Shown here piece by piece: positions 47,598 to 56,674 of a DNA stretch of 64,000 bases (positions within the stretch are counted from its first letter, which is position 1; each line of letters opens with the position of its first letter). Made by a program: the position numbers and the translations under genes. The stretch spans positions 22,876 to 86,875 of the forward strand of contig PFCO01000009.1 of NCBI GenBank assembly GCA_002772995.1, given 5' to 3'. This stretch comes from Candidatus Niyogibacteria bacterium CG10_big_fil_rev_8_21_14_0_10_46_36 (lineage in GTDB: Bacteria; Patescibacteriota; Minisyncoccia; 1-14-0-10-42-19). The notes below the pieces were generated by a model, which searched no databases, was not told the DNA's origin, and was given only the letters and a program-made list of their open reading frames with translations.

Positions 47598-48119
47598 TTA
47601 TATGTATGCTAATTTTTTCTTGTATATAATATCATGTCCCGCCCCTTTTTGATAGAGGTCTTCCCGCTTGAGAGCTTCGTATCGGTGCCGCACAAGAAAC
47701 GTCTGAATAGGAAGATTGTCCGCTTTCGCGTCGCACACAATATGCGAAGAGTTAAAATCACGAGCTCCTTCTATTTCGACATTACGCAATAGAAAGCTCG
47801 CGATATACCGCCCGCGCATATCGGGGCGCACCGTAAGATTTTTTATTTCAAGAGCGCGGGGATCTTTTTTGTGGCGTTGGTAGAGCGCCACCCCCGCAAT
47901 ATCATTGCCCGAAAGCGCTACCATCGCGCGCTTTTGTTCATTTTTGAGTTCAATAAAACTTTTATGGAGCCACTCGTCAAAATCAGGATACTGGATGCGC
48001 GGTATCCAAAGCCGCGGTCCCAAAAGATACCCGACTATTTCATCCAAACAAGAAGCGGGATATTCATTTGTGAAATGAAGGTTCATTGTAAAAGTTACCC
48101 CACCAGGATTTTTCTTCAT
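47598..48119 (-). CDS. GNAT-family N-acetyltransferase
   Basis: ...GVALYQRHKKDPRALEIKNLTVRPDMRGRYIASFLL... (motif A, Q/RxxGxG/A-like). Confidence 0.65.
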   Translation of the reverse strand: MKKNPGGVTFTMNLHFTNEYPASCLDEIVGYLLGPRLWIPRIQYPDFDEWLHKSFIELKNEQKRAMVALSGNDIAGVALYQRHKKDPRALEIKNLTVRPDMRGRYIASFLLRNVEIEGARDFNSSHIVCDAKADNLPIQTFLVRHRYEALKREDLYQKGAGHDIIYKKKLAYI

Positions 48120-48216
48120 CCGTAGCTCACAGCGTCCCGCTTACAACGGGACAAGCTCGCTCCTCCTTCAGAACCGGGGTTTCAAATCCCGGCAAACATT
48201 AAAATTATTAAATAAG

Positions 48217-48291
48217 CGGTCCCACCGGGATTTGAACCCGGGTTTCTAGGATGAAAACCTAGCGTCCTAGACCAGCCTAGACGATGGGACC
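48217..48291 (-). tRNA. tRNA-Glu (anticodon TTC)
   Basis: GGTCCCA acceptor, D-arm CGTCTAGGCTGGTCTAGGACG, anticodon arm CTAGG-TTTTCAT-CCTAG, T-arm CCGGGTTCAAATCCCGG. Confidence 0.8.
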
Positions 48292-48306
48292 AATAATAAC
48301 CAGGAT

Positions 48307-48335
48307 ATAGTACATAATGTACCAGAGAAAATCAA
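48307..48335 (-). promoter_or_regulatory. Putative promoter of tRNA-Glu
   Basis: TTGATT-N17-TACTAT on the minus strand, about 14 nt before the tRNA start. Confidence 0.35.
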
Positions 48336-48344
48336 TCCTTTCAA

Positions 48345-48376
48345 TAAAAAAACCTAGGCATAGCCTAGGTTTTTTG
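48345..48376. terminator. Bidirectional terminator after the 48377-48673 gene
   Basis: AAAAAAACCTAGGC-ATA-GCCTAGGTTTTTTG. Confidence 0.7.
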
Positions 48377-48673
48377 TTATTTTTTCACTTCTTCGCCTAT
48401 GAGGTCTTTTGACACCCAAAAATTACTTCCCTGGAAAAATCCGTATCCACCGCATTGCATGCCTCGCACCGTTACGAGATACGCATCTTCGCGCTCACTC
48501 AATATGTCTACTATCAAAGATCCGTCTTGGATATAGCCGTCGGGATAAAATCCCGATGCCACCTTTCCGTTCACATCTTTGAATGAGACAAGTTTTTCTT
48601 CCGAAAACATTCCTCTGCTAACCGACTCAAGCGTTAAAAGACGCTTAGGATAATCCATCATAACCTCCGTCAT
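48377..48673 (-). CDS. Hypothetical 98-aa protein translationally coupled to the M16 peptidase
   Basis: ATGA overlap with the upstream M16 gene. No family assignment. Confidence 0.45.
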   Translation of the reverse strand: MTEVMMDYPKRLLTLESVSRGMFSEEKLVSFKDVNGKVASGFYPDGYIQDGSLIVDILSEREDAYLVTVRGMQCGGYGFFQGSNFWVSKDLIGEEVKK

Positions 48674-49959
48674 TGTTTTTGAATAAGCTGTCCACGCATG
48701 GAACGAGGAGCTGTTACAGCGGTTATCATCCCATCAAAACGCAACACTTCTTCCGCTGCTGCACGGACGGCTTCTTTCGTTACCTCCCGGTACTGTGCGA
48801 TTTCTTCCTGTATGGGAACGATGCGTCCATGCCACATCAATGCATTGAGATTCCGCGCCCCAAAAGAATAGGTTTTTTCGCATGTCTCAAGGTCTGCGGT
48901 ATTCATGGTCTTCGCTTTTTCCAGCTCAGCATCAGAAACATATTCGGAACAGATTTTCTCAATCTCTTGCATAATAACCGCATGCGCTTCTTTCGGTTCT
49001 GATGTATATCCGACTACACTACTAATACCCGCATTAGAAAACCCCCAATACCCGGCTCGAATACTATACGCAAGTCCGCGCTTATCCCGCACCTCTTGGA
49101 ACAGCCGGGAAGACGAGCCACAGCCTAAAATGCACATCAGAATATCAAGCGCATAACTTCTGTCGTCAGTAATTGGAGGTGCCCAAAAACCGATAGCAAC
49201 AGCACTTTGCGTTATATGCTCCCTCACCCGTTCAGCGTATCTGTCAGCAACGCCACGCGCGGAGGGTCCCTTGAGTTCGCTTTTTCCGCTCCATGCTTTG
49301 TGAAAATTCCCAAAAAATTTTTCTGCAAGGCGTTGTGCTTTAGAATGCGATATGCCGCCTGCCATCGAGATAACTATGTTTGCGGGTTTGTAATATTTAT
49401 ACGCAAGCGTACGCAGATTGTCGGGCGTGATACGCGATACCGTTTCTTCGTCTCCAATAATGCTTCCCTGCAAACCGAGCATAGTCTCAAACAACAGATT
49501 TGTAACCGCCCTTGTGTTGTGTTCATGCCTCGTGCGCCATTCTTCTAAAATGACCTTCCGCTCTTTTTCAAATTCTTCTTCAGCAAATACGCTATTATGC
49601 AACGAGTCGGAATAAATATCCAAAAAGAGCTCTGCCTTGCTTTTGGGTCCGCTTACATAAAATACCGTCTCTTCGTAGGAAGTAAATGCATTCGTTTCCG
49701 CGCCGCATTCTTCAGCCTCACGCGCGATATCAAAGGCAGTCCGCGTAGGGGTTCCCTGAAACACCATGTGTTCATAAAAATGAGATAGACCCACCAGACC
49801 ATCCGGCTCGTTGCGGGAGCCACATTTTACCCCAAGCTGGAAAACGAATTTCCCGGTATCCCGTTTTTGCGTTACTACAGTAATACCGTTCGGCATCACG
49901 CTTAGCTGAATGTCTTCCTTCTTCATAAAGACCTCCTTGGAAAAGATCAATTGCTCCAC
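48670..49959 (-). CDS. M16-family zinc peptidase (pitrilysin/insulinase-like)
   Basis: Inverted zinc motif HxxEH (...LSHFYEHMVFQGT...) and a downstream Glu. Confidence 0.85.
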   Translation of the reverse strand: MEQLIFSKEVFMKKEDIQLSVMPNGITVVTQKRDTGKFVFQLGVKCGSRNEPDGLVGLSHFYEHMVFQGTPTRTAFDIAREAEECGAETNAFTSYEETVFYVSGPKSKAELFLDIYSDSLHNSVFAEEEFEKERKVILEEWRTRHEHNTRAVTNLLFETMLGLQGSIIGDEETVSRITPDNLRTLAYKYYKPANIVISMAGGISHSKAQRLAEKFFGNFHKAWSGKSELKGPSARGVADRYAERVREHITQSAVAIGFWAPPITDDRSYALDILMCILGCGSSSRLFQEVRDKRGLAYSIRAGYWGFSNAGISSVVGYTSEPKEAHAVIMQEIEKICSEYVSDAELEKAKTMNTADLETCEKTYSFGARNLNALMWHGRIVPIQEEIAQYREVTKEAVRAAAEEVLRFDGMITAVTAPRSMRGQLIQKQ

Positions 49960-50000
49960 TTAACATATCAAAAAAATACTATATATTACAATGATAGAGT

Positions 50001-51161
50001 ATGCGTATTCTTGCTATAGAAACATCGTGCGACGAAACATCGGTTGCCGTCATATATGCCACCGGCTCTTCCACGGAGCCGGATATTTCAATACGCGCCC
50101 ACAACACAAGTTCGCAAATTAAGATACATCAAAAATTCGGGGGCGTTGTACCAAATCTTGCAAGCCGGGAGCACCAAAAAAATCTCGTTCCTATTCTTAT
50201 ACAATCCCTTAAAGAAGCGCGCATGCATGCGCGCTCAAAACGCGCCATAGCCACGCATAAAACAGTAGAACAGATACTCGTGCGCGAACAAGAGCTGCTA
50301 TCACAAACAAAAAAATATGTATTTCCTCTTCGGAAGCCTGATATTGATGCAATTGCGGTTACTGTCGGGCCGGGTCTTGAGCCCGCGTTATGGGTTGGTA
50401 TCAATTTTGCTCACGCGCTTTCCACACTTTGGAATCTCCCCATCATCCCCGTAAATCACATGGAGGGGCATATCTTTTCGGCGCTCCTTGAAACAAAAAA
50501 GCGCCGCTCTTTTGTTCCCAAGAATACCTTCCCCATGCTCGCATTGTTAGTCAGCGGAGGACACACGGAACTCATTCTTATTAAACAATACGGCTCATAC
50601 ACAATAGTCGGCGAAACGCTTGACGATGCGGCAGGCGAAGCATTCGACAAAACAGCAAGACTTTTGGAACTTCGCTACCCCGGGGGACCCGAAATTGCGG
50701 CGTACTCAGAAAAAAAACAAAACAAACGTATACACATTTCGCTGCCTCGTCCCATGCTCTATTCAAAAGATTTCAACTTTTCCTTTTCGGGTCTTAAGAC
50801 TGCGGCACTCTACGCCGTACGGGACCTCAAAAAAAAATACTCCATGAAAGACATACAGCCGGTAATAGCAAAAGAATTCCAGGATGCTGCGGTAGAGGTG
50901 CTTGTATCAAAAACCATGCACGCAGCACGCCATTATAATGTAAAGAAAATTTTGATAGGTGGGGGTGTATCCGCAAATAGAGCATTGAGGGATACGTTCA
51001 AGAAAAAAGCAGAGAAAGAAAACATGCTTCTTGCCATATCACCCCTCTCCCTCACCGGAGATAATGCGCTCATGATTGCTATTGCGGCATTTTTCAACAA
51101 AAAAAACGCGAAAAAGGACGCGTCATTGTTAAAGGCACATGGGCAATTACGCATTACATAA
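50001..51161 (+). CDS. tsaD: tRNA N6-adenosine threonylcarbamoyltransferase TsaD (Kae1/YgjD family)
   Basis: MRILAIETSCDETSVAVI..., metal-binding HMEGH and an ASKH-fold. Confidence 0.9.
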   Translation: MRILAIETSCDETSVAVIYATGSSTEPDISIRAHNTSSQIKIHQKFGGVVPNLASREHQKNLVPILIQSLKEARMHARSKRAIATHKTVEQILVREQELLSQTKKYVFPLRKPDIDAIAVTVGPGLEPALWVGINFAHALSTLWNLPIIPVNHMEGHIFSALLETKKRRSFVPKNTFPMLALLVSGGHTELILIKQYGSYTIVGETLDDAAGEAFDKTARLLELRYPGGPEIAAYSEKKQNKRIHISLPRPMLYSKDFNFSFSGLKTAALYAVRDLKKKYSMKDIQPVIAKEFQDAAVEVLVSKTMHAARHYNVKKILIGGGVSANRALRDTFKKKAEKENMLLAISPLSLTGDNALMIAIAAFFNKKNAKKDASLLKAHGQLRIT

Positions 51162-51205
51162 CGCTCCCCAAAGCACTTGTTCCATGTTATTCTAATAGTA
51201 CTTTT

Positions 51206-53257
51206 ATGCCGAAAGCACTTACGCCTCAATACAATCCTCACGAGATAGAATCCCATATCTATGATATCTGGACAAGCTCTGGCTTTTTTAATCCGGACAA
51301 ACTCCCAAAGCGACACAAAAAACCGTTCACTATCGTCATTCCGCCCCCCAATATCACAGGCTCCCTGCATATGGGACATGCGCTCAATGCAACTATCCAG
51401 GACATCATCATACGCAAAAAACGGATGGAAGGATATAAGACCCTCTGGCTGCCAGGCACCGACCATGCTGGCATCGCAACACAAAATGTCGTTGAAAAGC
51501 AGCTTAAAAAAGAAGGGCTGTCGCGCTACAAACTTGGTAAAGAAAAATTCATAGAGCGCATCTGGGAATGGAAAGAGCAATACGGAAACACAATTCTTGA
51601 ACAACTAAAAAAACTTGGCGCATCTTTGGATTGGACACGCACCCGATTCACAATGGACGAACAATACCAGGAAGCGGTAAGAAAAGCGTTCTTGCATTAT
51701 CACAAAAAAAATATGCTCTACAAGGCGGAGAAAGTCATCAACTGGTGCACAAGATGCGGGACATCGCTCTCCGACCTAGAAATTGAATACAAGGAAGAGC
51801 ATGCAAAACTTTACTATATCCAATATCCAATAAAGGATTCTGATAATCACGTTACCGTTGCAACAACCCGCCCCGAAACAATGCTCGGCGATACCGCGGT
51901 TGCCGTACATCCGAAAGATAGCCGGTATAAAAACATTGCGGGGAAAATGCTTATTCTTCCAATCCATCACCGTGAAATTCCTGTGGTTACGGACGAAAAA
52001 GTAGAAAAAGAATTCGGGACCGGAGCGGTAAAAGTAACCCCCGCGCATGATTTGTTGGATGCCGAAATTGGCGAACGACACAACCTCCCAGTTATGAAAG
52101 TCATCGGCCCCGACGGAAAGATGACAAAAGACGCAGGACCCGTCTGTGAGGGATTAAAAGTGAGCGATTGCCGAAACGCCGTTCTAGAAGCACTAAAAAA
52201 AGAGAACGCGCTTGAAAAAGAAGAAGACTATACCCACAATATTGCGCTCTGTTACCGATGCGCCACTCCCATAGAACCAATGCCGAGCATGCAGTGGTTT
52301 TTGAAAATGGAAGATCTTGCAAAAAAAGCGCTTACGGAGGTTAAAAAGGGGCGCGTGGCATTCCATCCTCAACGCTGGGAAAAAGTATATACCGACTGGC
52401 TAGAAAACATCCGCGACTGGACCATATCGCGCCAGATCTGGTGGGGACACGCCATTCCCCTTGAAGGAGAAGAGGATGTATTAGACACATGGTTTTCTTC
52501 CGCATTATGGCCATTTGCGACACTCGGCTGGCCCGAAAAAACTGACGACCTAAAAACATATTACCCCACACAAGTACTATCAACCGCACGCGATATCATC
52601 AATCTTTGGGTAACGCGAATGATATTTTCCGGAATGGAATTCATGGATGGAAAACCGTTTAGCGATGTTATCATCCACGCAACGATACTCACTAAAGACG
52701 GAAAGCGCATGTCAAAATCGCTTGGCACCGGCATCGATCCAATAAGTCTCATAGAACAGTACGGTTCGGATGCAACCCGTTTCGGCCTTATCTGGCAAGC
52801 GATGGGCAACCAAGACATTCATTGGTCGGAAGAACATGTGCGCGCGGGGAAAAAATTCTTAAACAAGATATGGAATTCCGCCCGCTTCGCTCTTATGCGC
52901 CTCCCTGAAGAAATAGAAGTTCCGACCTCGCCGCCGGACGCAAAAACAGAAGAAGCAAAAACGATTCTTTCCGCGCTCAAAACACTCAAAAAAAATGTAC
53001 ACAAACAAACAGACATGTACGAATTCGGGCACGCACTTCATGAGCTGTACGAATTTTACTGGCACGCATTTTGTGATGTATATCTGGAACATATAAAGCA
53101 ATCGCACGAAGAAGAACATGCGCATGTGCTCGTATATACGCTTGCTGAATCCCTGAAGCTCCTACACCCCTTCATCCCCCATATCACTGAGCACATTTGG
53201 GAGCTGCTTCCCCACAAAGAAAGAAAATTGCTTATAATAGAAGAGTGGCCCGCATAG
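51206..53257 (+). CDS. valS: Valine--tRNA ligase (short form without the C-terminal coiled-coil)
   Basis: PPPNITGSLHMGHALN (HIGH), WLPGTDHAGIATQ, KMSKS (GKRMSKSLGTGIDP). 683 aa. Confidence 0.88.
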   Translation: MPKALTPQYNPHEIESHIYDIWTSSGFFNPDKLPKRHKKPFTIVIPPPNITGSLHMGHALNATIQDIIIRKKRMEGYKTLWLPGTDHAGIATQNVVEKQLKKEGLSRYKLGKEKFIERIWEWKEQYGNTILEQLKKLGASLDWTRTRFTMDEQYQEAVRKAFLHYHKKNMLYKAEKVINWCTRCGTSLSDLEIEYKEEHAKLYYIQYPIKDSDNHVTVATTRPETMLGDTAVAVHPKDSRYKNIAGKMLILPIHHREIPVVTDEKVEKEFGTGAVKVTPAHDLLDAEIGERHNLPVMKVIGPDGKMTKDAGPVCEGLKVSDCRNAVLEALKKENALEKEEDYTHNIALCYRCATPIEPMPSMQWFLKMEDLAKKALTEVKKGRVAFHPQRWEKVYTDWLENIRDWTISRQIWWGHAIPLEGEEDVLDTWFSSALWPFATLGWPEKTDDLKTYYPTQVLSTARDIINLWVTRMIFSGMEFMDGKPFSDVIIHATILTKDGKRMSKSLGTGIDPISLIEQYGSDATRFGLIWQAMGNQDIHWSEEHVRAGKKFLNKIWNSARFALMRLPEEIEVPTSPPDAKTEEAKTILSALKTLKKNVHKQTDMYEFGHALHELYEFYWHAFCDVYLEHIKQSHEEEHAHVLVYTLAESLKLLHPFIPHITEHIWELLPHKERKLLIIEEWPA

Positions 53258-53279
53258 CGGATTCTGTTGCCACTCTTGC

Positions 53280-54026
53280 ATGAACGAATCTCTTCTTATC
53301 ATATCAACATCAGCGCTCTATGCGTTTCTCGGAAGCATCATCCCCGTGATAATTTGGTTATGGTTTTGGCTGAAGGAAGACCCGCATCCCAATCCCCGAC
53401 GGATACTCATTGCCACCTTTTTGGGAGGAGCGCTTGCAGTACCCATTGCACTTATCGGAGAAATACTCGCCGCTAAATCTGCGGAAGCGATAGGTATATT
53501 CAACGAAACAACCTTTCCTTTTATGCTTTTGTTTGCATGGGCGGGGATAGAGGAATTCACAAAATACAAAGCAACAAGCATTATCGCGCTCCATCGCCCT
53601 GGATTCAATGAACCAATCGACGCACCCATCTATCTGATAACTGCCGCACTCGGATTTGCGGCATTTGAAAACACCATCTTCCTGTTTAATGCGTTCCAAG
53701 AAGCGCCGGTGCTCGGGCTTATTACCGGACAACTGCGGTTCTTGGGAGCAACATTGCTCCACGTGACCGCGTCGGGCATTGTAGGTGTGAGTATTGCCTA
53801 TTCGTTTTTCCATGCAGAATCGCGCAAAAGAAACGTATTCGGCGGCCTCTTCACAGCAACATTATTGCACACGCTTTTTAATTTCTTTATACTAAAACAA
53901 GAGAACGGTAATGCGTTGCAAGTATTCATCGGCGTATGGATAGCAGCAATCATTTTTATGCTTCTCTTAGAAAAAGTAAAACGCATACGCCCGCCGTATA
54001 AATTCCCGCGCATGCGTTCATCATAA
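53280..54026 (+). CDS. PrsW-family intramembrane metalloprotease
   Basis: EEFTKY (EExxK), FAAFEN (FxxxE) and LLHVTASG (H) motifs in a polytopic protein. Confidence 0.75.
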   Translation: MNESLLIISTSALYAFLGSIIPVIIWLWFWLKEDPHPNPRRILIATFLGGALAVPIALIGEILAAKSAEAIGIFNETTFPFMLLFAWAGIEEFTKYKATSIIALHRPGFNEPIDAPIYLITAALGFAAFENTIFLFNAFQEAPVLGLITGQLRFLGATLLHVTASGIVGVSIAYSFFHAESRKRNVFGGLFTATLLHTLFNFFILKQENGNALQVFIGVWIAAIIFMLLLEKVKRIRPPYKFPRMRSS

Positions 54027-54048
54027 TTTCTCATTATCTTCATATTTT

Positions 54049-54537
54049 ATGTCTAAAACACGATCCTTTTTTGAGCGGCTTACCGGAAGCATTCCGGCAG
54101 ATGAGTTTGATGGCGATATGATAGAGGAAGAAAAGCCAGCCATGTCATCTCCTGAGCCGCATCATATAACGCACCCGCACAATAACGAAGCTCCTCTCCA
54201 GGAAGAAGAAGCGCAGTTGACCGTTGATATGCATCAAACATCGGATGAAATTATTATCGAAGCAATGGTAGCGGGAGTAAAACCGGAAGATCTTGATGTT
54301 TCTATTACCCAAGATATGGTCACCATAAACGGAAAGCGCTCAAAGTCATCGACAGTACATGATGACAACTACTACTATCAAGAGCTGTATTGGGGGGGGT
54401 TTTCACGCTCCATACTTCTTCCGCAAGAAGTAGACTCCGAAGAAGCAGAGGCTACTATGAAACACGGGCTTTTGACCATACGCCTTCCGAAACTAGACAA
54501 AACAAAAGTACAAAAATTAAAAATAAAGAACGGGTAG
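54049..54537 (+). CDS. Hsp20/alpha-crystallin small heat-shock protein
   Basis: Alpha-crystallin domain: ...VDMHQTSDEIIIEAMVAGVKPEDLDVSI...GLLTIRLPK.... Confidence 0.85.
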   Translation: MSKTRSFFERLTGSIPADEFDGDMIEEEKPAMSSPEPHHITHPHNNEAPLQEEEAQLTVDMHQTSDEIIIEAMVAGVKPEDLDVSITQDMVTINGKRSKSSTVHDDNYYYQELYWGGFSRSILLPQEVDSEEAEATMKHGLLTIRLPKLDKTKVQKLKIKNG

Positions 54538-54548
54538 CTGAAACGCAA

Positions 54549-54580
54549 CAAAAATCCCGCACATGCTGGGATTTTTGTAT
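54549..54580 (+). terminator. Terminator after hsp20
   Basis: AAAATCCC-N9-GGGATTTTTG. Confidence 0.55.
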
Positions 54581-54633
54581 ATGTGCAACCGGTTGCCCAA
54601 AAAAAGAACTTCTGTTATATTTTTCAGTATGCC

Positions 54634-54705
54634 GCCGCGGTAGCTCAGTGGTAGAGCAGTGGCCTGAAGAGCCTCGTGTCGGGGGTCCGATTCCCTCCCG
54701 CGGCA
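54634..54705 (+). tRNA. tRNA-Phe (anticodon GAA)
   Basis: GCCGCGG acceptor, D-arm GCTCAGTGGTAGAGC, anticodon loop CTGAAGA, T-arm GGGGGTCCGATTCCCTC. No CCA. Confidence 0.75.
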
Positions 54706-54741
54706 TATAAATAGACACAACAAAACTCTTTGCTCGTTTTC

Positions 54742-55017
54742 ATGGACCAAAATAAAAATACATTCCAAGAATCTCCTATAGATCTTTCGCATGTGCAACC
54801 AAAACCCTCCCCGAAACATATTACTCCGGAGGGTGCGGGGCACACACGTGACTCGCTCACGGAGACCATCTTACGATCCGGAATAATAAAAAGCGAAACC
54901 CAATTGCGATATATCGTAATGATTTTTATCATTGCTGTTTTTATCATCGTATTTTTGTACTTATCAGGGAGCAGCAATGGAGACCTCCCTCCTCCTCCGC
55001 CGGGATATGACATCTAA
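54742..55017 (+). CDS. Small protein with a C-terminal TM helix and a proline-rich tail
   Basis: MDQNKNTF...IVMIFIIAVFIIVFLYL...PPPPPGYDI. Its stop is 4 nt before the pilin ATG. Confidence 0.4.
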   Translation: MDQNKNTFQESPIDLSHVQPKPSPKHITPEGAGHTRDSLTETILRSGIIKSETQLRYIVMIFIIAVFIIVFLYLSGSSNGDLPPPPPGYDI

Positions 55018-55021
55018 CATC

Positions 55022-55600
55022 ATGAAGCAATCGTACGGTTTTACTCTTATTGAGCTCCTGGTTGTTGTCGCTATCATCGGCACCCTCGCCTCAGTGATAC
55101 TCGCAAGCGTGAACAACGCACGAAAAAATAGCCGTGCTGCTCGCATTGTTGCTGATATGGACGCTATCGCAAAAGGATGGAGACTATGGCAGGCAGATAC
55201 GAACACAGTATTTATCAATGAAAATACATATGGCAATGTGAATGCTGATGCGCCCTGCCATGACGAGCCGGTGCTTTCTGACACCGACCTCTTTTCTGAT
55301 GCATCGGGAACACCCGGCTGGAACGGTCCGTATCTGCAGGCAATCCCACTTGACCCCTTCGGTAGAGAGTATTCGTATGATTATGATAGTGATACTTGGA
55401 ATCCGCCGGGCAATAAATGGGGTGGCGTAAATATACAGATACAATGGTGTTCCGGGGAGGGCGCAGAATATCTGGAACTTGCGCCTCTGATAGACGCTGC
55501 GTATGATAATGGTGACGGAGCTGATTTGGGCATTTTTAAGTGGGACAATTCAGCTCCTGGCGGGTACGGCATCCTGCTTGCTCCCGCAGGAAATCAGTAA
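55022..55600 (+). CDS. Type IV pilin / pseudopilin with a class III (prepilin peptidase) signal
   Basis: MKQSYG|FTLIELLVVVAIIGTLASV... is the N-terminal methylation motif. Two C-terminal Cys (D-region-like). Confidence 0.75.
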   Translation: MKQSYGFTLIELLVVVAIIGTLASVILASVNNARKNSRAARIVADMDAIAKGWRLWQADTNTVFINENTYGNVNADAPCHDEPVLSDTDLFSDASGTPGWNGPYLQAIPLDPFGREYSYDYDSDTWNPPGNKWGGVNIQIQWCSGEGAEYLELAPLIDAAYDNGDGADLGIFKWDNSAPGGYGILLAPAGNQ

Positions 55601-55606
55601 AAATAC

Positions 55607-55635
55607 TTGACTTTTACATATTATTGTGCTACTAT
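55607..55635 (+). promoter_or_regulatory. Near-consensus promoter of the 55684 gene
   Basis: TTGACT-N17-TACTAT. AAGGAGG Shine-Dalgarno sequence at 55669-55675. Confidence 0.55.
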
Positions 55636-55683
55636 GTTGCATGATAATTAAAGTTCTTTCCCAACAACAAGGAGGACATGAAA

Positions 55684-56169
55684 ATGTCCAAAACACAAAA
55701 GAAACGTGAAAAAAGACGCAAAAAAAGAGAACGAAGGAGGCTAGACAAAGCAGCAGAGAAAGCAGTTCGGCAATACAGCGCGCCGGATCCTGCCCCCACC
55801 GAAGAAACATATTTCCCCTTCCAAGGTGATATACATAACATACTGCAATCGCTCGGATTCCCATCCGCAGATGAGCCCGAACAAGAAAACGGCGTCGTAT
55901 GCTTCGCAGAAGCAAAAAACCACTGCCTACATCCGTATATTGCCATTCGTGCCTTTCTCGGATGCACAAAAAAAGAGAGCGACATAAGAAAAGAATACGA
56001 GAAAGCCAAGCGGAGAGGGTTTGCGGTCTGGAGACCAACACTTATGCCGAGAGGATGGGACATATCTATAAAAAAGAAAACGGACTCCGGGCAATTTTTA
56101 AAATTACCCACGACAGAAGACCCCCAAGAAGCAAAAATGTTACTTTGCAAAGAAGTGCGGACAGCATAA
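55684..56169 (+). CDS. Hypothetical protein with an Arg/Lys-rich N-terminus
   Basis: MSKTQKKREKRRKKRERRRLDK... The second ATG is chosen because of Shine-Dalgarno spacing; the ORF opens at 55678. Confidence 0.5.
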   Translation: MSKTQKKREKRRKKRERRRLDKAAEKAVRQYSAPDPAPTEETYFPFQGDIHNILQSLGFPSADEPEQENGVVCFAEAKNHCLHPYIAIRAFLGCTKKESDIRKEYEKAKRRGFAVWRPTLMPRGWDISIKKKTDSGQFLKLPTTEDPQEAKMLLCKEVRTA

Positions 56170-56170
56170 A

Positions 56171-56212
56171 TAAAAACGCCCGACTACATACATAGTCGGG
56201 CGTTTCACTTTT
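56171..56212. terminator. Bidirectional terminator
   Basis: AACGCCCGACTA-CATACA-TAGTCGGGCGTT with flanking A and T runs. Confidence 0.75.
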
Positions 56213-56670
56213 TATTCGCCGTAGATACGCTTCTGGCGCATATGCTCTGCTCTTTTATTGAATTCCTCCGCCTCATCCAAGACGCTTTCGAGTGCTTTTT
56301 CTTTTTCTTCTATTTTTTGTTCGATATTACTGATCTCTCTTTGAATATTTGCTATGTATTGCGGGCCGTCTCCCTCCTCACGCGCACGGTCAAGATCTTT
56401 TTGGAATTGGTCTAATGCAGTATAAAAATACACGATGTCGTCTTCTAATGCTTTTTTTCTGGGAAGCACTTCTTTTTCGGATTTGATATCGAAACCTTGT
56501 TCGATATCTACCACATTATCCCCATCCTTCCCGCCATATTCAAAAAAATCACGCTCAAATTGCTTTGCGTATGAATGACGCTCATCCTCTTTCTTTTTTT
56601 CAGCGAGCTTTTTTTCAAGCGATATTACGTTGTCCTTTTCCTCTGGGGAATGCTCAAATCGTTCTTTCAT
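56212..56670 (-). CDS. Hypothetical acidic coiled-coil protein downstream of sodA
   Basis: 152 aa, Glu/Lys-rich. Start set at MKERFEH, just after the sodA stop. Confidence 0.45.
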   Translation of the reverse strand: MKERFEHSPEEKDNVISLEKKLAEKKKEDERHSYAKQFERDFFEYGGKDGDNVVDIEQGFDIKSEKEVLPRKKALEDDIVYFYTALDQFQKDLDRAREEGDGPQYIANIQREISNIEQKIEEKEKALESVLDEAEEFNKRAEHMRQKRIYGE

Positions 56671-56674
56671 ATTA

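Noticed and set aside
48120-48216. A 97-nt spacer between the GNAT gene and tRNA-Glu contains a perfect anticodon-arm-like hairpin (TCCCG-CTTACAA-CGGGA on plus, TCCCG-TTGTAAG-CGGGA on minus) and a second hairpin (CCGGGGT-TTCAA-ATCCCGG). I considered an extra tRNA (Val-TAC or Tyr-GTA), a tRNA pseudogene and a small SRP RNA.
   Set aside because: No acceptor stem or D-arm can be built on either strand. The T-arm-like element has no complementary 5-prime partner. The AGGAGGAGCGAGC stretch resembles the SRP RNA domain IV motif only loosely and the flanking helices do not pair. Probably a structured 5-prime UTR or promoter region. Low confidence either way.
54585-54596. 12-bp perfect palindrome GCAACCGGTTGC just upstream of tRNA-Phe.
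   Set aside because: Too short to call as an operator without a cognate regulator or repeats elsewhere. May simply be part of the tRNA-Phe promoter region.
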